Below, piece after piece: positions 30,701 to 45,700 of a stretch of 64,000 nt of DNA (positions are counted from its first letter, which is position 1; every line of letters starts with the position of its first letter). A program made the translations under genes and the position numbers. The notes beneath the pieces were generated by a model that saw only the letters and a program-made list of their open reading frames with translations, was not told where the DNA came from and did no database searches. This DNA comes from an uncultured Clostridia bacterium (GTDB taxonomy: Bacteria > Bacillota > Clostridia > Christensenellales > UBA1242). The stretch spans positions 17,072 to 81,071 of the forward strand of contig CANQKH010000005.1 in NCBI GenBank assembly GCA_947624415.1. The letters are read 5' to 3'.

Positions 30701-33700
30701 TAGAACTTCAAAAGGCAAAATTTACTATTTCATTCCCAAATGGAACAGGTTATGCTATTCCAGATGTAGAGACACTCATTTGTGATGATTTTGAACCTGG
30801 ACGTATTTCTTACACAGGATATGATAGTGAGAAAATTGAATTTACTTATACATTAGGCAAATTAACATTAAAAGCGGCAAAGTCAGACGGAACTTTAATT
30901 GCTAGTGGTCAATGGCGGGGCAATGAAAATCATGATTTAGATAGTGCTACATTTAATGTTTATGACCTTATAATTACTGGTCATGAGAGTGAACTTGACA
31001 CCAACTTTGAATGGAATATTTCAACAAGTAGTTTATTTGAGTTCCTAGACACATCAAAGGCTTTAAAGTTTGAGTATACTGTCGGATATGTTGTTGCAAG
31101 AGAGGGCAAACTTCAAAATGCCGAAAAATATAAGGATCAAATAAATAAAATTAGCATTGACACAATAAAGGTAAACGATGTAGAATATGAAATAGTTGAT
31201 CCAAATCAAGGCACAGTATATTTTGAAAACAGAGAACAGTTGGGGACAAGTCGCCGTGCATACCTTATATATTATTATGATAATGTAAATAATAAATTAA
31301 TTATATATATAGATACAGATTTGCTAAATGGAACTGGCAGTATTACTAAAGTTGGATTATCTTACAACCTTAATCTTTCTAACGAAAACAGTGATGCCTT
31401 AGTTCTATTGGGGAATGCACCAGTTGATTCTAGTGCTGATATTGAAAATCTTGTTGAAACCTCAAATAACAGCGGATATACATTTACAATCTCACCATTG
31501 GCTGAATATGATAAAGTAAACTACAAAATGCTACTCAGCGATGCTGTAAAAGTATCATTAGATTTTAACAAAGGTTGGGAAGTAAAAGAGGGCGAAAATC
31601 GCTCAAAAGCGGAGTTTTATGTTTCAGTAGACGGCCCTTACACAATTTCAGTTCCACAATATGGATATGATGGAATTACTTTCAAAACCTTTGATTTGCA
31701 AGCAAATTCTCGCATTAAGTTTGACTCATCGTCTGAAAGCGGTGGGTATGTGTTTACATCAACTAAAGGTGGTCCGGCAGAAAATGTTACGGCACGTTGG
31801 AGTTTTAATTCAATAGTTGTTACTCCAAAAGGTTCTCCAATTCCAATTGAAAAATATGCATCAAAGACAGCAATAACTATTGATCTTACAGAAATGGTTG
31901 ACTTCTCTCTTCCAGCTCAAGGACTTATTACATCTCAGTCATATCAACTCCAAAGAGATGGCCAAACTTTCGATGCTACAAGCAGTTTTACTGGCGGCAT
32001 TCTTGGATCCGGCTTGATTACTTTCAGTTTATTTGAGAGAAACAATAAAAACTTTGCTACTACAGACCTTACCGGCGATTACAAATTGATAATAACTATA
32101 AAATTCCATGATGGCGAAGAGCAAAGTCAAACCGTGAACTTCGATGTCCATATAACAATAAAAATAAACCAAATTGACGTTAATATTACTGACGATACAA
32201 AGAGACTTGAATATAACAACACAGGAAACAGACAAGAGGACATAAAATTAGCATTTATGTTAAATGGTGGTGCCGATAAAGAAAAAGATTCTCTTCTTTC
32301 GGCACTGAAAACAACAGATAATCAATCTTCAATTTACAACGTTTATTGGACTTGTGCTAAATCATTAAAAGATGTTGACAATTATACAATAAAATTTATT
32401 ATAGAAAGTCAATATCAAAAAATTTTCCAATTCACTACAGGCGAATTTGAAAAAGAGGTTTCATTTGAAATTTATCAATTTACAATAAAACTTGGAGAGG
32501 AACAATATTATGTTCAAATTAATTTTTCCAAGTCTTTTGGCGAAAACGATCCACTATTTGAAAAAGAAATAGAAGTTTTCACAAAAACTAAAGATAAAGT
32601 TACATTAAGGTTCTCAAGGGCGGACACATCTGATGAAATAGGCGAATATGCACTTGAGTTCATTGCAATAACATCAGACAATAGCGACAATTATAGAGTT
32701 GACACAACAGGCTTTGATGCTACATCAAATTCGAAGTTCAAAATTAACAAACCATCTGGTGGCCTTAAAATTGAAATTCTCGACCATAACCTTAATTATA
32801 TTTATAATGGCAAAACATTATCTACAATAAGTGCGACCTATTTAGGGGAAGACTTGTATAAACTTTCTGGTGTTATAGATGGCACTGATCAAGAGGTTGA
32901 AACTACATTTAAGTTATATTTTGGCAATAAAATATCAATTCCAGACAATGTAAGAGCCTCCTATGCTGAACACTTGAAATTTACAGTTACACCTAAAAAA
33001 GTTGTAGGAAAATATGAAATTAGCGTTGAAATTACTGGCACAGTCCACGGTCAAGACCAAAGTCTTGCCGAAACTTGGGGCGGGGTTTCATTTGTAAACT
33101 CAGATGGTGTAACAGATAAAACAAAAGCATATGTTGAGGTTACAAAAAGAGATCTCTATATAACAGGGATAACCAAAGTTTTTGACGGCAATAACAACAT
33201 TTCTTACAATACTGCAAGCGAAGATGAATGCAATTGCACAATTACCTTCCGCACAGGTGATAACGAGGGTCTTGTAACAATAGAGGGAGTTGTTGATAAA
33301 GTAATTATATCTGGAAGAATTCCAGGGGAAAATACTCACAGAGTTGGCACTTATTCTCTTGATTCAAAATCTGTTGGAACTAGTGGAATTTACATAAATG
33401 CAGGTGCAGACGATTTGGGAGGGTGCTATACACTTAAAATTGATAGTGCAGAAGCAAAGGTAACACCTTCATCCAAAAAAGTTACAATAAGTGGCGAACA
33501 AGAATTAGATTATGGAAGCATTGTTGATAGTGGCGATGGGACAGGAATTTATACTTCACAAGAAGCACTTGAAAAATTGTTAAGTGTATTAAAACTTAAT
33601 TATTCAAGCGAGGGCTTCGGCACTGACGGTAAAATTAATAAAGAATCATTTACAGTAACAAAAGTTGTAATAAGCGACGCCGCTTATTCAACTGGTCATT

Positions 33701-36700
33701 ATCTAAAGGTAAAAGAGGAAAATGAAGGGAAATATTCAATTACAATCACTGTAATTTCCCCAGACTTTTTCTTGGACGGAGAAAATGCAGAGGAACAATA
33801 TGAAAGTTCACAGACTATAGAAGTTTTAATAAATAAAGTAAAATTAACGATTTCAAATTCACCAAACAATAATATAAGTAAGGATTATGATGGAAATGTA
33901 AGTCTTCCTGAAATAGAAAGAGAATTTGGGGAAGATGCAAGTCCTTTCATTGCATCAGGGCTTCTTAAAGGTGATAGATTATATGTAAATGAAGGACATT
34001 TTGTATCTCCATTAATAGGTGAACAAGAAATAGAAATAACCTTAGATGTAAATGACGACCATGCAAACTATGATATTACATACAATGATCTTCACGGCAC
34101 AATCAGGGCAATAATATTATATTTCAACAAGGATGTCCATGAAGATGAATTTGTCAAAGACAATGAGAATGTTGTCGGCAAAGAGGGACAAATTGTAGTT
34201 GAATTTAAAGATAACAGCGTGCCAAATTTGATTGACAACATATTAAAGACTGTTTTGACGAGAAAGGGTTATACTCATGAAGGTTATAGTTATAATGGCA
34301 ATTCTATTGCCGACATCAAAAATAATGGCGACCTTTCGGCAGCCTTCCTTCAAGCGGCAGTAGATGCAGGCAAAGAGGGACTAGATCTTTATGTAGTTTG
34401 GTCAAGAAATGAACTCATAGTTACAATTGAAACTTATGATACTAATACAAAAGAGCGTTCACACACAGAAATTAGTTGGACGGGATCTACAAGTCGCGAC
34501 CCAGAAAACCCAATAACTGAAAAAGGGGATAACAAGATTACAATCACCGCACTTTACTTTGACAGTTTTGATGATATAAAACTCAATGTAGGCTCAGGAT
34601 ATAAGATTAAAAACATTCCTACAGAATACATGAAAAAAATAGAAGGCGTCTTTGACAAAGAAGGCGAAGGAACGAGAATAGGAAGATTCAGCCTTTCAAA
34701 TGTTCAAGGAACTCACAACAATGAAACAGGCAAAGAAGAATTTACTGTAAAAATTGAAATAGTAGAGTTTGAAATTAAAGTTGTCCTTAATGAAAATAAT
34801 ACTGATTCAAAATTTGAACTTCAAGCAATTGAAGGCGCCTGGAAAGACAAAACTCGAACATTGACTTATTCGCAGTGGACAGAGGCTGCAAATGACTTGC
34901 CAGAAACATTATACTCAAAGGGATATCTTTGGGCATTCGCTGGCTGGGAACTTAAAGGAGTTGCAAGCGTAGGCGATAATGTTTGGGCTAGAATTAACGG
35001 CGATGAACTTACAACAGATACAGAAATATTTACATTTGATGCGACATGGGAATTGGGTGAATTTAAACTTAAAATAACCACATCCCACACTACCGACATC
35101 AAAGTTGTTGTTGACGACACAACCTTAGAGCGTCAAACGGCGGCTGAAGGTGATTATTACATTATTCACTTTACCGAATCTCCTGTAATTTCAATAAAGG
35201 GAGAGGAATTCTATAGGAATAATTATACTAAAGCGTGCGTTACCGGGAAAAATAATGGCGTTTCTGACACAATGGGACGGGACGGCAATTATGATGTGAT
35301 TACTGTAACAAGCATTGAAGGAGATATAACTGTAAACATTGACTATGTTGAAGCACAAATTACAATAAAAACAAAAGCGAATGCAAGAGATGGCTCAGTC
35401 CTTGTATCTCCAATCAACGGTTCAGAAAAAGAATCTTCTGTAATAAAAGCAATTTATCAAATTGGTCTAGGCACAATGAATCTTAATGATTTCTTTACAA
35501 GTCAATCAAGCATTAAGACCGATAGATATTTGTGCACTACGGGAACATACACGCAGATAGGCTGGAAATATGTTAATGCAGATGGAATAGAGCAAGAGAA
35601 ACTTTATGATATCAATACAGATGTTATTGACATAAAAGAGTTAATAAGAGAATTACTTGGCACATCAGGAGAATATCATCCAAATAAAGATGACAGCATT
35701 ACTCTTAATGCAGTCTTCCAGGGTGATATGTATGAAGTAACATTTGTAATAGGACAAGAACTTATTGATGCATATAATTGTGCATTTGTTGAAGGTGGTG
35801 GCACAAGCACTACAAAATCAATTCGATATGGTGATATATTAAAAGATACAGATATTCCTGTATTTGCTCCTGCCAATTTCGAATTTATTTGGGCAATACA
35901 AGACGATTCAAGTATTGAAACTTTTGCAGCAAACAAACCATTTATTTCTACTTCATTTATAAGCGCTGACCATGTAATGACATTAACAGCAAAGAAAGGT
36001 ATAGCAAATTATCAAATTAAGTTTGAAATAAACAATCACAGTGCCGATCAAGAAGTTAAAGTCTTCTTAGCGGACGGCACAGATATAACGAATAGTGCTG
36101 TTCCAGTTATGAATGGTGAAACTATTACATTTACTTTCACTCTTCCTGTCGGATATACAATAAATCAAGACACAATCAATGCTCAGGGCTTTAAATTTGA
36201 GGTCGATAATTCACGTAATATACAAGCCCATGAAGAAACCTTTAAAATTATAAAAGCAGATGCAGAATCTGAACAGCCTGAAATAACAATTTATATTGAA
36301 GTAATTGCAAAGGAATACAAAATCAAATTCAAAGTTACTCCTGACTATGAGACTGTAAATAAAAAAGGCAATGCCGATCCTATAGAAGAAACAACTATAC
36401 ATTATGATGAGTTAGGAAACGATGTTTTCGGCGACTCTAATATAACATACACAAGAGGCGGATATAGAATTGGCAAACTCGTTACAGCAAAAGGTGAGTT
36501 GTTCGCAACTTATATTTCAGAGACAGAGATTGATTACAGCGGAAGCAAATTCTTTACAAATAAGAATGAAAGATGGGTTTACACAAATGATGCTGCCGAA
36601 GATGTAGAAGTCTATATTGTATGGCACTTAGATGATGCAGATTACATCAATGTAATTCCAACTCCTGTAAACGGTCATTATTATAATGAAGGCGAGCAGG

Positions 36701-39700
36701 TTATAGCAACATCTAGATTAGAAATAGATGGAAGCACAGCCGCATTTAATGAAATTTTGAAAAATGGTGAGACAATCACCGATGTTTACTACGTTATAGA
36801 AGATGGCAGACCAATAAGCGTTAAAGAGGTGGCAGACTTCGCTCTTAACTATATTAATGCTATTAAGAAGTCAATTACAGTAAACATTACAATTCAAGAT
36901 TCTTCTTATTTAAGAGATGACCATGGCTCTGTAAGAACTGTTACTGTTACATTTGACGTTGAACTTAAACCGGCAGTTATTATAGTAAAAGGAGCAAACA
37001 TTGTTGGATATTACACCGGCTCTTCATATTACTGGCCAGTTGCAGAAAATAATTATGGCGAACTATATTACTATGACGCAGATCTTGCCAGCGAAACATG
37101 GCATAAAGTTACATATATTAATAAAATTGATAAAGTAGAATTTGTTGATGAGCGAGAAGTAGATTTAATGGAGAAATATTGCGTAGGCACTAACTATAAA
37201 TTAAAATATTTCTTCACGACATTACCAGACTTTAAGTTGTCAAACTATAATGGCTTTGTCGACAATAAAGATGGCAAATACACATATACAACAGATGAAA
37301 TGCTTGAAGAAGGTGATAATAATTACAAGGTGTTTGGAACAATCCAAGAAGCACAAATTGTTTTAACATTCCAAGAAAGTGGCTATTTTAATGGCCTTAC
37401 ACAAAGAGTTCAAGATCCTCAAATGGAAATATTGGGCGGAAGCGACGAATTTTCTGTTACAAATTTAGTTGTAACAACAAAATCAACGGGACTTGATACA
37501 TATAATCAAACCACTCAATTTACATTTGGCTGGACACTTACAAGAACGGTTGCTGGAATGGAAGCAATTGAGGCAAGCGAGGAATTTAAGAGTAAAAACT
37601 TTAAATTTGTTTTCAGTCCAGACACATATTATTCAATAATTACAACAGATAATGCTTATAAAGTAACTTTTGGCGTTCAATATTTTGACGTCGAAGAACT
37701 TGCTTTACAGGATGTTACGACAGGTGATTATATAAAAATTGACTCATTCCAATATGATGCAAATGATGTTGAGGATGCTGGAAAATATAGTAAATTTGGT
37801 GAAACATTCAATTACTTTGACAAAGGCGTGTTAATTATGACCGTTACAGGAAATGGTCAAGGCGAATTTTACGTTTGGATTACAAAAGGCAAAAGCGTAA
37901 CATTCAACCTTTCCGCTGTTAAAGTTGAATTGCAAGTTCTTAAATGGAATTGGAAGAATGAGTATTCTGACACTCCAGAACAATTAAGATCGCTTCTTGA
38001 AAAACTCAACGCTGAAAGTTTGAGTAAGAGCACCATGGATTTGACAGTTGAGCCTGCTGTGGCTGAAAGAAATTATGTTGCAGTTCTCACTGACTATATT
38101 GCAGTTAGATTAAGATATAAGGATAGCGACAAAGAGGCCACCGAAGAATCAAATGAAAAATATGTATATATTAGAACCAATAACGAAATATCAATTCCAA
38201 ATGCCTTAGAATGGGTTGGATTTGACTTCAAAGGTTGGGATGTGGAAGGTTCAGGCCTTGAACTGAGAACGGATACAATTTATTGCCCATTTGAACATGA
38301 CCTTAAAGCGGTAAACATTTATGCTAAGTATGAGATTTCTGAGCCAGACGTTGAAGGAATTGGTGATGAAAAATGGGTATTCCAGGCACATCTTGCAAAG
38401 AGTGGAGACGACTCATTTGAAAACATAAAATTCTCATCAATTTGGAAAGATGGGAAAATAAAAAATCGTAACGATGATTCCATTTCTTATTATTTTAATA
38501 TTTATAAAGGAGAAGAACTTATAACTGTTCTTGGAGACGAATCATTTAATTTGCCTGCAAACACAACATCAAATGGTAAATATAGAATGAATATAAGATT
38601 GGAAAGATCGGGAGCAATAGTATATAAACAAGTAGAAAAAGACGTTTATTTCACTATTGAAGTTACAAAACTTACAATGGTTGCACCTGAAGCTAAAAAT
38701 CTAGTAACAGACTCTACGGACCTTGTATTTACTTATAAAAACGAAGCATTTGATGACAAAATAGAGTTTGAATTTAATTGTTTGGGAATAGAAAATACAA
38801 CATTTGATAAATTACACAATCTTGAAACGAGCAGTTATTATTTCAAACTTGGTGGAAAATCTGAAACTGAAATTAAACTTGCTGGCGAATATACATTAAT
38901 GTTGGTTTTAGATGAGACAATATTTGATAATGAGAAACTTGATGGAGGCGATTATTGTTTTGCGTATACTGTCAATGTAAATAAGGCTATTCTTCCAATA
39001 AATGAAGAAGACATTATAGCGTTGAATGTTGCTGACAAATTCTATGGCGCTGCAGACCCTGTTTTTGAGAATTTGTCTAAGCAAATCAATAACGAAGAAG
39101 TATATTTCTCACTTACTCGTGAAAAAGGTGAAAGTCGTGGGTTATATCCATTCCATGGCGAAAGTCTAAACGACAATTACAACATTCAATTAAGCGAAGG
39201 ATTATCATTTGAAATCAAAGAATTGGATGCAACTCTTATTATAAGAACAAAAGACAATAAGAAACTTAATAAGACATATGATAAAGAGACAACAGAATTT
39301 ATACTTGAATATAGCAACAGAATTTGGACTATCAAACTCGGCTTTGTAAGTGCAGAACTTGAACTTGCATACAAAACAGATGATAGTGATGAGGAGCACG
39401 AACTTACTATTGGCACAGATATGTATGCACATGCTCTTGAAAAGATTCATGCTTTTGATTCTTACGATGTGCTTTATGTCTATGGTCCATCATATGATGC
39501 CGATGAGTATAGTGGTCCAGAATCAATATTATACGATGGAGAGGGTGCATTCAAAGATTATCAATTTATAATTGATTATGAAATAACTCAAAGGGAACTT
39601 CAAATAAAATCAATAACCAAAGAGTTTGACAGAAGCCCAATTATTGACATAGGAATAGGAAGTGTTGAATATCTAAATAGAGTTGAAGGCGATGACGTGT

Positions 39701-42700
39701 ATATTTATGGACAATTCTCAACTGCTCACGCCGGCACAGGAATTCCAGTTGTAATGGAAGGAGAAAACAGACTTGAACTTCGTGGCGAGACGGCTAAAAA
39801 TTATAAACTTGCAAGTTCATATTCTGGAACTATCACTCAGCACGCAATAATTGGAGAAGTCAGCCTTACATTAAAATACACTTCATATGAATATGCAACA
39901 ATCTACGAGGAAATGGACTTAAATGTTATAAAACTTGATGAAATGTTTAGCGGTATTGAATTATTTATTGAAGGTATTGGCAGCGACCTTGTAAACGGAT
40001 TTGTTACATTGGAAGGAATTGCCATAGATGAGGAAAACTTATCAGTTGGTGCGGGATATCTCAAAGTAGGCAAGGAAATGCCTATAAGAGTTATATTTGC
40101 TACAAATGACCTCATTGGCTTGTCAGCAAATGGTTATGAAGTTAAGATTGAAATCACTCCAAGAGAGTTGGATTTAAAAGACGAAATAACTATAATCAAG
40201 AAATATGACGGAACAAAGGTAGTTAAGAATATTGATAAAACAATAAATTCATCACTTTTACCTTCAAAGGGCAATGGAAAATTCGACGATGTATTTATCG
40301 ATGTTGAAAAATGCGAGTATGATAATTACGAATTAGGAACTTGGGACGTCAATATTGTTCTTGGCGGCGAAGATGCGGCAAACTATTTACCATTAAAAGT
40401 AAAGGGAAGCATAGTTAAGCATAAAATTAATGTTTATGTAAATCAAATTGAAGAAAATGAGACCCTTGTTCCAGGCGGAAAGTTCGTAGACGGAATTAAA
40501 ATGCCAGAAAGGGAATTAAAATTTGAATTATCTTATCCATTAAGTGAAGAGTTTGATTTGAATGATATTGCATTCCCAAGAAGAGATGGCTATCGTGCAG
40601 TAAAGTGGATGTATCAAGATGAAATGGGAACCTTTAAACCATTTGCAGATGATATTGATACAGTTTTAGATCGCGTAGCACTTGCATCTGGAGAGGGTGA
40701 TGGTGAATTAACACTCTATATCCAGTGGGAAATCATCAAATATGAATTAAAAATCAGCGTTGATGATGTTCCAGATTACAGAAACTACACCGTAACTTCA
40801 ACAACAGGAAAAGGAGTTGAAGGTGATAGTGAAAATGGTTATAAGTTAGAATATTACACAAGCGTAGAGATTGCATTTGAAGCAGACAAAGGCTACGTAA
40901 TCAATACTATAGCAGCGACAAAACTCAATGCTGTGGACAAAAATATTGAAGCAAACTTTAACACAAGATGTAATGCAACTTTGACTAATATTACAGGAGA
41001 AAATGCTTTAAGACTTACATTTACACCAATCAAAGTAGAATTTGTTTTAGATCCAAACATTCCAGTCTTAGGCGATTATCCAAATAATATTAAAGAAAAA
41101 TTGGTTAGAAAAGACCATGAAGCAACAACATTTAAGGTTGATTATCAAGCACTTGCCGATACAATATTGCCACAACTTCAAGTAACTGACGGAACATATG
41201 TGTTGAGCGGATATAATTACATATTTGATGGAGAGTATCCATTAGATATGGGGCTTGATAAACTTATAGAAAAATGTTATCCTGATATTTCTTCAGACGT
41301 AACCATTGAATTAAAAGCACAATGGAAGGGAGTAAGATATCAAATCAAATTTGACCCAACAGAAGGCGACTTTAATGGTAAACCTGACACAATAGAAGCA
41401 TACTTCGGCGAGAGTCTACCAACTTTGCCAATCCCAGAACGTGCAGGAATGGAAGTAATAAGGTGGAATTGTGCTGATGGTATGAGCTACAACACGGATA
41501 ACCTCTTAGTATCTATTGGAAATCCAGCAATTTCTGAGGGGCAATCAACGCCAGAATATTACACATTAATATTGACTGCTGAATGGGAATATATTCCTCA
41601 TCAAATTACAATAAATTTTGATGACAATATTAAAATTTATTTAAATGGTGAATTATTAGAGCAAGGAAAACCATATGTTCATACTCTAAAATACAATGAT
41701 GCTTTAAGACTTATAATAGAACCTGAAGCCGGATATTCATTCAAATACACCAAAAACTCAGACTTTGTTGTTGATGTAATGAACAACGATGTTGAGATTA
41801 CAAAAGTTGCCGAAGATTGTGAAATAACCTTTAATGTTACACCAAAGCCATATGAATTATATTTCTATCACGATGGCAGGGTGTCGAATTATGAGATTTA
41901 TATTTATCAAGCAGATGGCGACAACCTACTAGAAACGGAGGAAAAATTAATAAGAAAAGTTGAAAATTCTCCACACGAACAGGTATTTACAGGTCAATTT
42001 GTAGTTGTTAAATTTACTGGTAGCAGAGGCTATGTATTTGATAATAAAGATAAGAATATTGATTTCACTGGTGGAAATAGAAAATTGATGCTAGAAACCC
42101 AACTTGAAGGTGCTGACGGAAAAGTATTAAAGTGTATTGTGAGCAACTTTGGTCAGATTACCGCCGATCAAGCATCATTAACAGTTAGGACTGTTCCAGG
42201 CAATGTTCATATTACTTATAAAGGTTTATCTCAATTAGATACATTGAATTTCAATAGCAAACGTCAAGATCTTTCAAATAAAGAGGTAGGCGAATTTGAT
42301 ATTGAAGCAGGTTCAACCCTTGAAATTTCAGGAACTCTAAGTTTTGGGTATACTGAATTTAACTTCACAACATCTGATAATGAAATTATTATTGTTACTA
42401 TAGAAAACAACTATAATGCTGATCATAATGTCTTTGTATTCTATGCAAAATTGCAAAATTATTTTGAAGATTTTACAATAGAATTCAAATCAAAACCAAG
42501 AATATTTGAATTTTCATTGTCCTCACAATCTCCATCGCTTGGAAAGGTAAGCGAAGGTATCGAACGACAGCAAGTTGAATATGGTGGCACTTTGAAATTA
42601 GGACAAGAGGAATTAGACAGAGCATATGAATTTGCCGGCTGGTTTATTGGAGATACGAGAATATGCGAGATTTCAAATTGCGAACTTGTGTTGGGAGTAG

Positions 42701-45700
42701 ATTTGAGGTCGACCCAACTTTCAAATGAAGATGAAAATGGAATAATTAACATTGAAGTAAGATATCAAGTTAAGATTGTAGATGAACAATTCAGTGTTGT
42801 TGGTCGTGGTTCGATTACTATAACGCGAGAAAATGATAGTGATTCTTTGGATGTTTTATCGGGCGAGCAAACAATATGGAAAATTGTTCAAGGTCAAAAT
42901 ATTTATATTCAACTTAATCCAAATGAAGGCTACATTCTTGATACATTGTTAATTGATGGAACATTAAAGACGCCAAGCGATTATGGATATGATGAGACAA
43001 ACAAAAGGTTGCAAATATTCATTGACTGGTATAATCCAGTAGAATCTATTCAAATTTCATTTAAAGCAGGGCAGGCAACAATAATTGTTCAGGCAGTTAC
43101 ATCTATCAGCAATACAAGAATTCCAGGAACAACAGCAGGCGGAAAGATATTCATAACTGATGAAAATGGCAATAAATTGCCAGAAGATGTTTACAAGCCA
43201 TATAACAATGACTTAATAATTGGTGGTAATTATTCAATTGATTCTTATACCGATGTAATATTGTATTTCATTATAGAGGCAAAAGAAGGCTTTACTCCAA
43301 ATATTATAACAACTCAAGGTGTTACAGTAAGCGGCCTTGTAAAAAATGGCATTCTCGTATACACAGTATTTGGACTTAAAAATAACAGCATAATTCAAGC
43401 AGTGTTTACTGCAAAAGAAAATACTGTAAACATTCATTTTGAAGTTGAAGGTCAAAAGGAACAGGCAGTTGCTGGAAGAGTTTTGGTTGACACATCATCA
43501 AACTTAATAAAATCAAATCCAAGAAATGGTTACTATGCAGATGTTGGCATAATTACTGGAGAAAATCTTGTATTCAATCTTTACTTATATCCATCATTTG
43601 TATTTGATACAGAAGACAGCGTTGTAAAATATCATATTATTTATGGTGGCAGTGATGAATTTGCAGAGGGAAGCATTAAGGTTAGCGATGTAAAACCATG
43701 CTCAATAGAGACAACAGGATTTAGCAGCATGATTACATTTACAGTTGAAAATGTTACAACAGATGCAGAGATAATATTCTATGTATTGCCAAAAGAATTT
43801 TCAATTAAATTCAAAGTGCTTGATGACAGCCCAGAAATAGTTATGTCAAAGAAGATTATTTATGGTCAACAATGGTCATTAAATAACTTACCAGCAGACG
43901 AAAAGGGCAGAATATTGGCCACAAGACCAAACTTCTCATTCGTTGGATACTTTACAAAACCATTGGGTAATGGAACATTAGTTATAGACAGATATGGAGA
44001 AGTTCAAGATATATGGAGATTTAGTGGTTATTCTTCAAATGGTGCGGGCGTATATGTTGCAGATGATAACTATGACCCTAACCATGATACATTCACTCTT
44101 TATGCCGCTTGGACATATGATACGGCAGACATTCAAATACAATTTGTTCCTCAAAGTATTGTAGTAGATAGAACAAATTATTCAATAGAATCGGTTATAA
44201 CAAACCTTCGTGAGGCCGATGCTTGGATAGGTCAAGAAAGCAAATGGGCTGCAAGAATTGCCGTTGGCTCTCGATTGAACATTTCTGCAATTAATTTTGA
44301 AGGTTATGTATTTGATAAATTTACACTTCAATTTGGAAATAGTGAGGGGGTTGTAAAACCTGCAAACTTCACATTAGAACTTGAAATGGGCGTTTATATT
44401 TTGACGGCATACTACAGGCCAACCATCACAATAAAGATTGTCAATACAAACAATGACCTTGCCGATGGTGGAACGGGTTATGCAAGACAAAATGGAAACA
44501 ATGTTGAAAATAGTTATGACCCAGAAGCACTACTTTCTATTGTTGCAAAAGCAAATGAAGGTTACAATTTCATAAAGTGGCAAATACTTAGAAATGGAAT
44601 CTATGTAGACCTCGATGGAAAAGGTGAACTTAATGCCAGTGGCGAATATGTTTACAATTTCCAATCTGTAATGAATGAATCAATAACGTTAATTGCTTAC
44701 TTTGAAGGAAAAACAATTGCATTAAAATTTGACGATAGTGAAATTCAAGGATATCACCAAATAGTTTCTAAGAAATTAAATGGGGTAGAACTTTTAACGA
44801 ATGAAATAACCGCTTATGTTGGCGATGTATTCACAGTTGTTATTAATAAAATTCCTGGTTACAACATTAATATAGAAAATACAGGCCTTACAGTATTGTC
44901 AATTTCACAAGATGGAAGTTTTGCATTGTATACATTAGAATGCAAATTAACCTATGATGTGCTTGAAAAAGTTGATGAAAACTCATACAAGAAAGTCATA
45001 AAGATAGGGCTCTTAAAAGAAGAATTAACATTTAATTTCACATATACTGTTTTAGATCCTGTCGATGATGCTGAGAATTCAAGAGGCGGCTTTGTAAATA
45101 TTGTCAACGTCAATAACAACTTAATTCAAATTGACAATAATGGTTTGTATAAGAATAAATACGGAGAGAATTTTGCAATAAATGTTGTAAGAAACAGCAA
45201 TTATCGACTTGTTAACATAAATTTGAGACGTATGATTGAAGGTATTGGAATGCAAGGATATGACATTACAGCATATATGGATGAAAATAATCAAATCATA
45301 TTTAATAAATCTTTAATGGACAGATTCTTTGCATATCAAATATACATCGATATTACATTCCAGAGATTACAATGGGATGATGAAGAGATTATTGGTTCAC
45401 TATACAGCATAGTTGAAGACGAGGATGAATCCTATGTTGTCGCAGACCTCACAGGAAGCGGAACAGAAGAAGACCCTTATATAATCTCAAGTGCAACGGA
45501 ATTTGCATTAATGTCATACCTTGTAAATAATGGCTATGTAAATTATGTGGGAGAAAAATATAGCGAAGCATACTACATGGTTATAAACAATATTGATTTT
45601 GAAGGAAGATTCTGGATTCCTATTGGATCTGAAGAGAATCCTTTTGAAGGATTTATTGATTTAGGAAAGTGCGACTTCTATAATATAGAACACATTAAAA

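Noticed and set aside
24835-43455. Numerous 60-100 aa antisense or alternate-frame ORFs inside the giant gene (and similar ones inside other genes)
   Set aside because: Shadow ORFs of long coding sequences, with no RBS or recognisable motifs.
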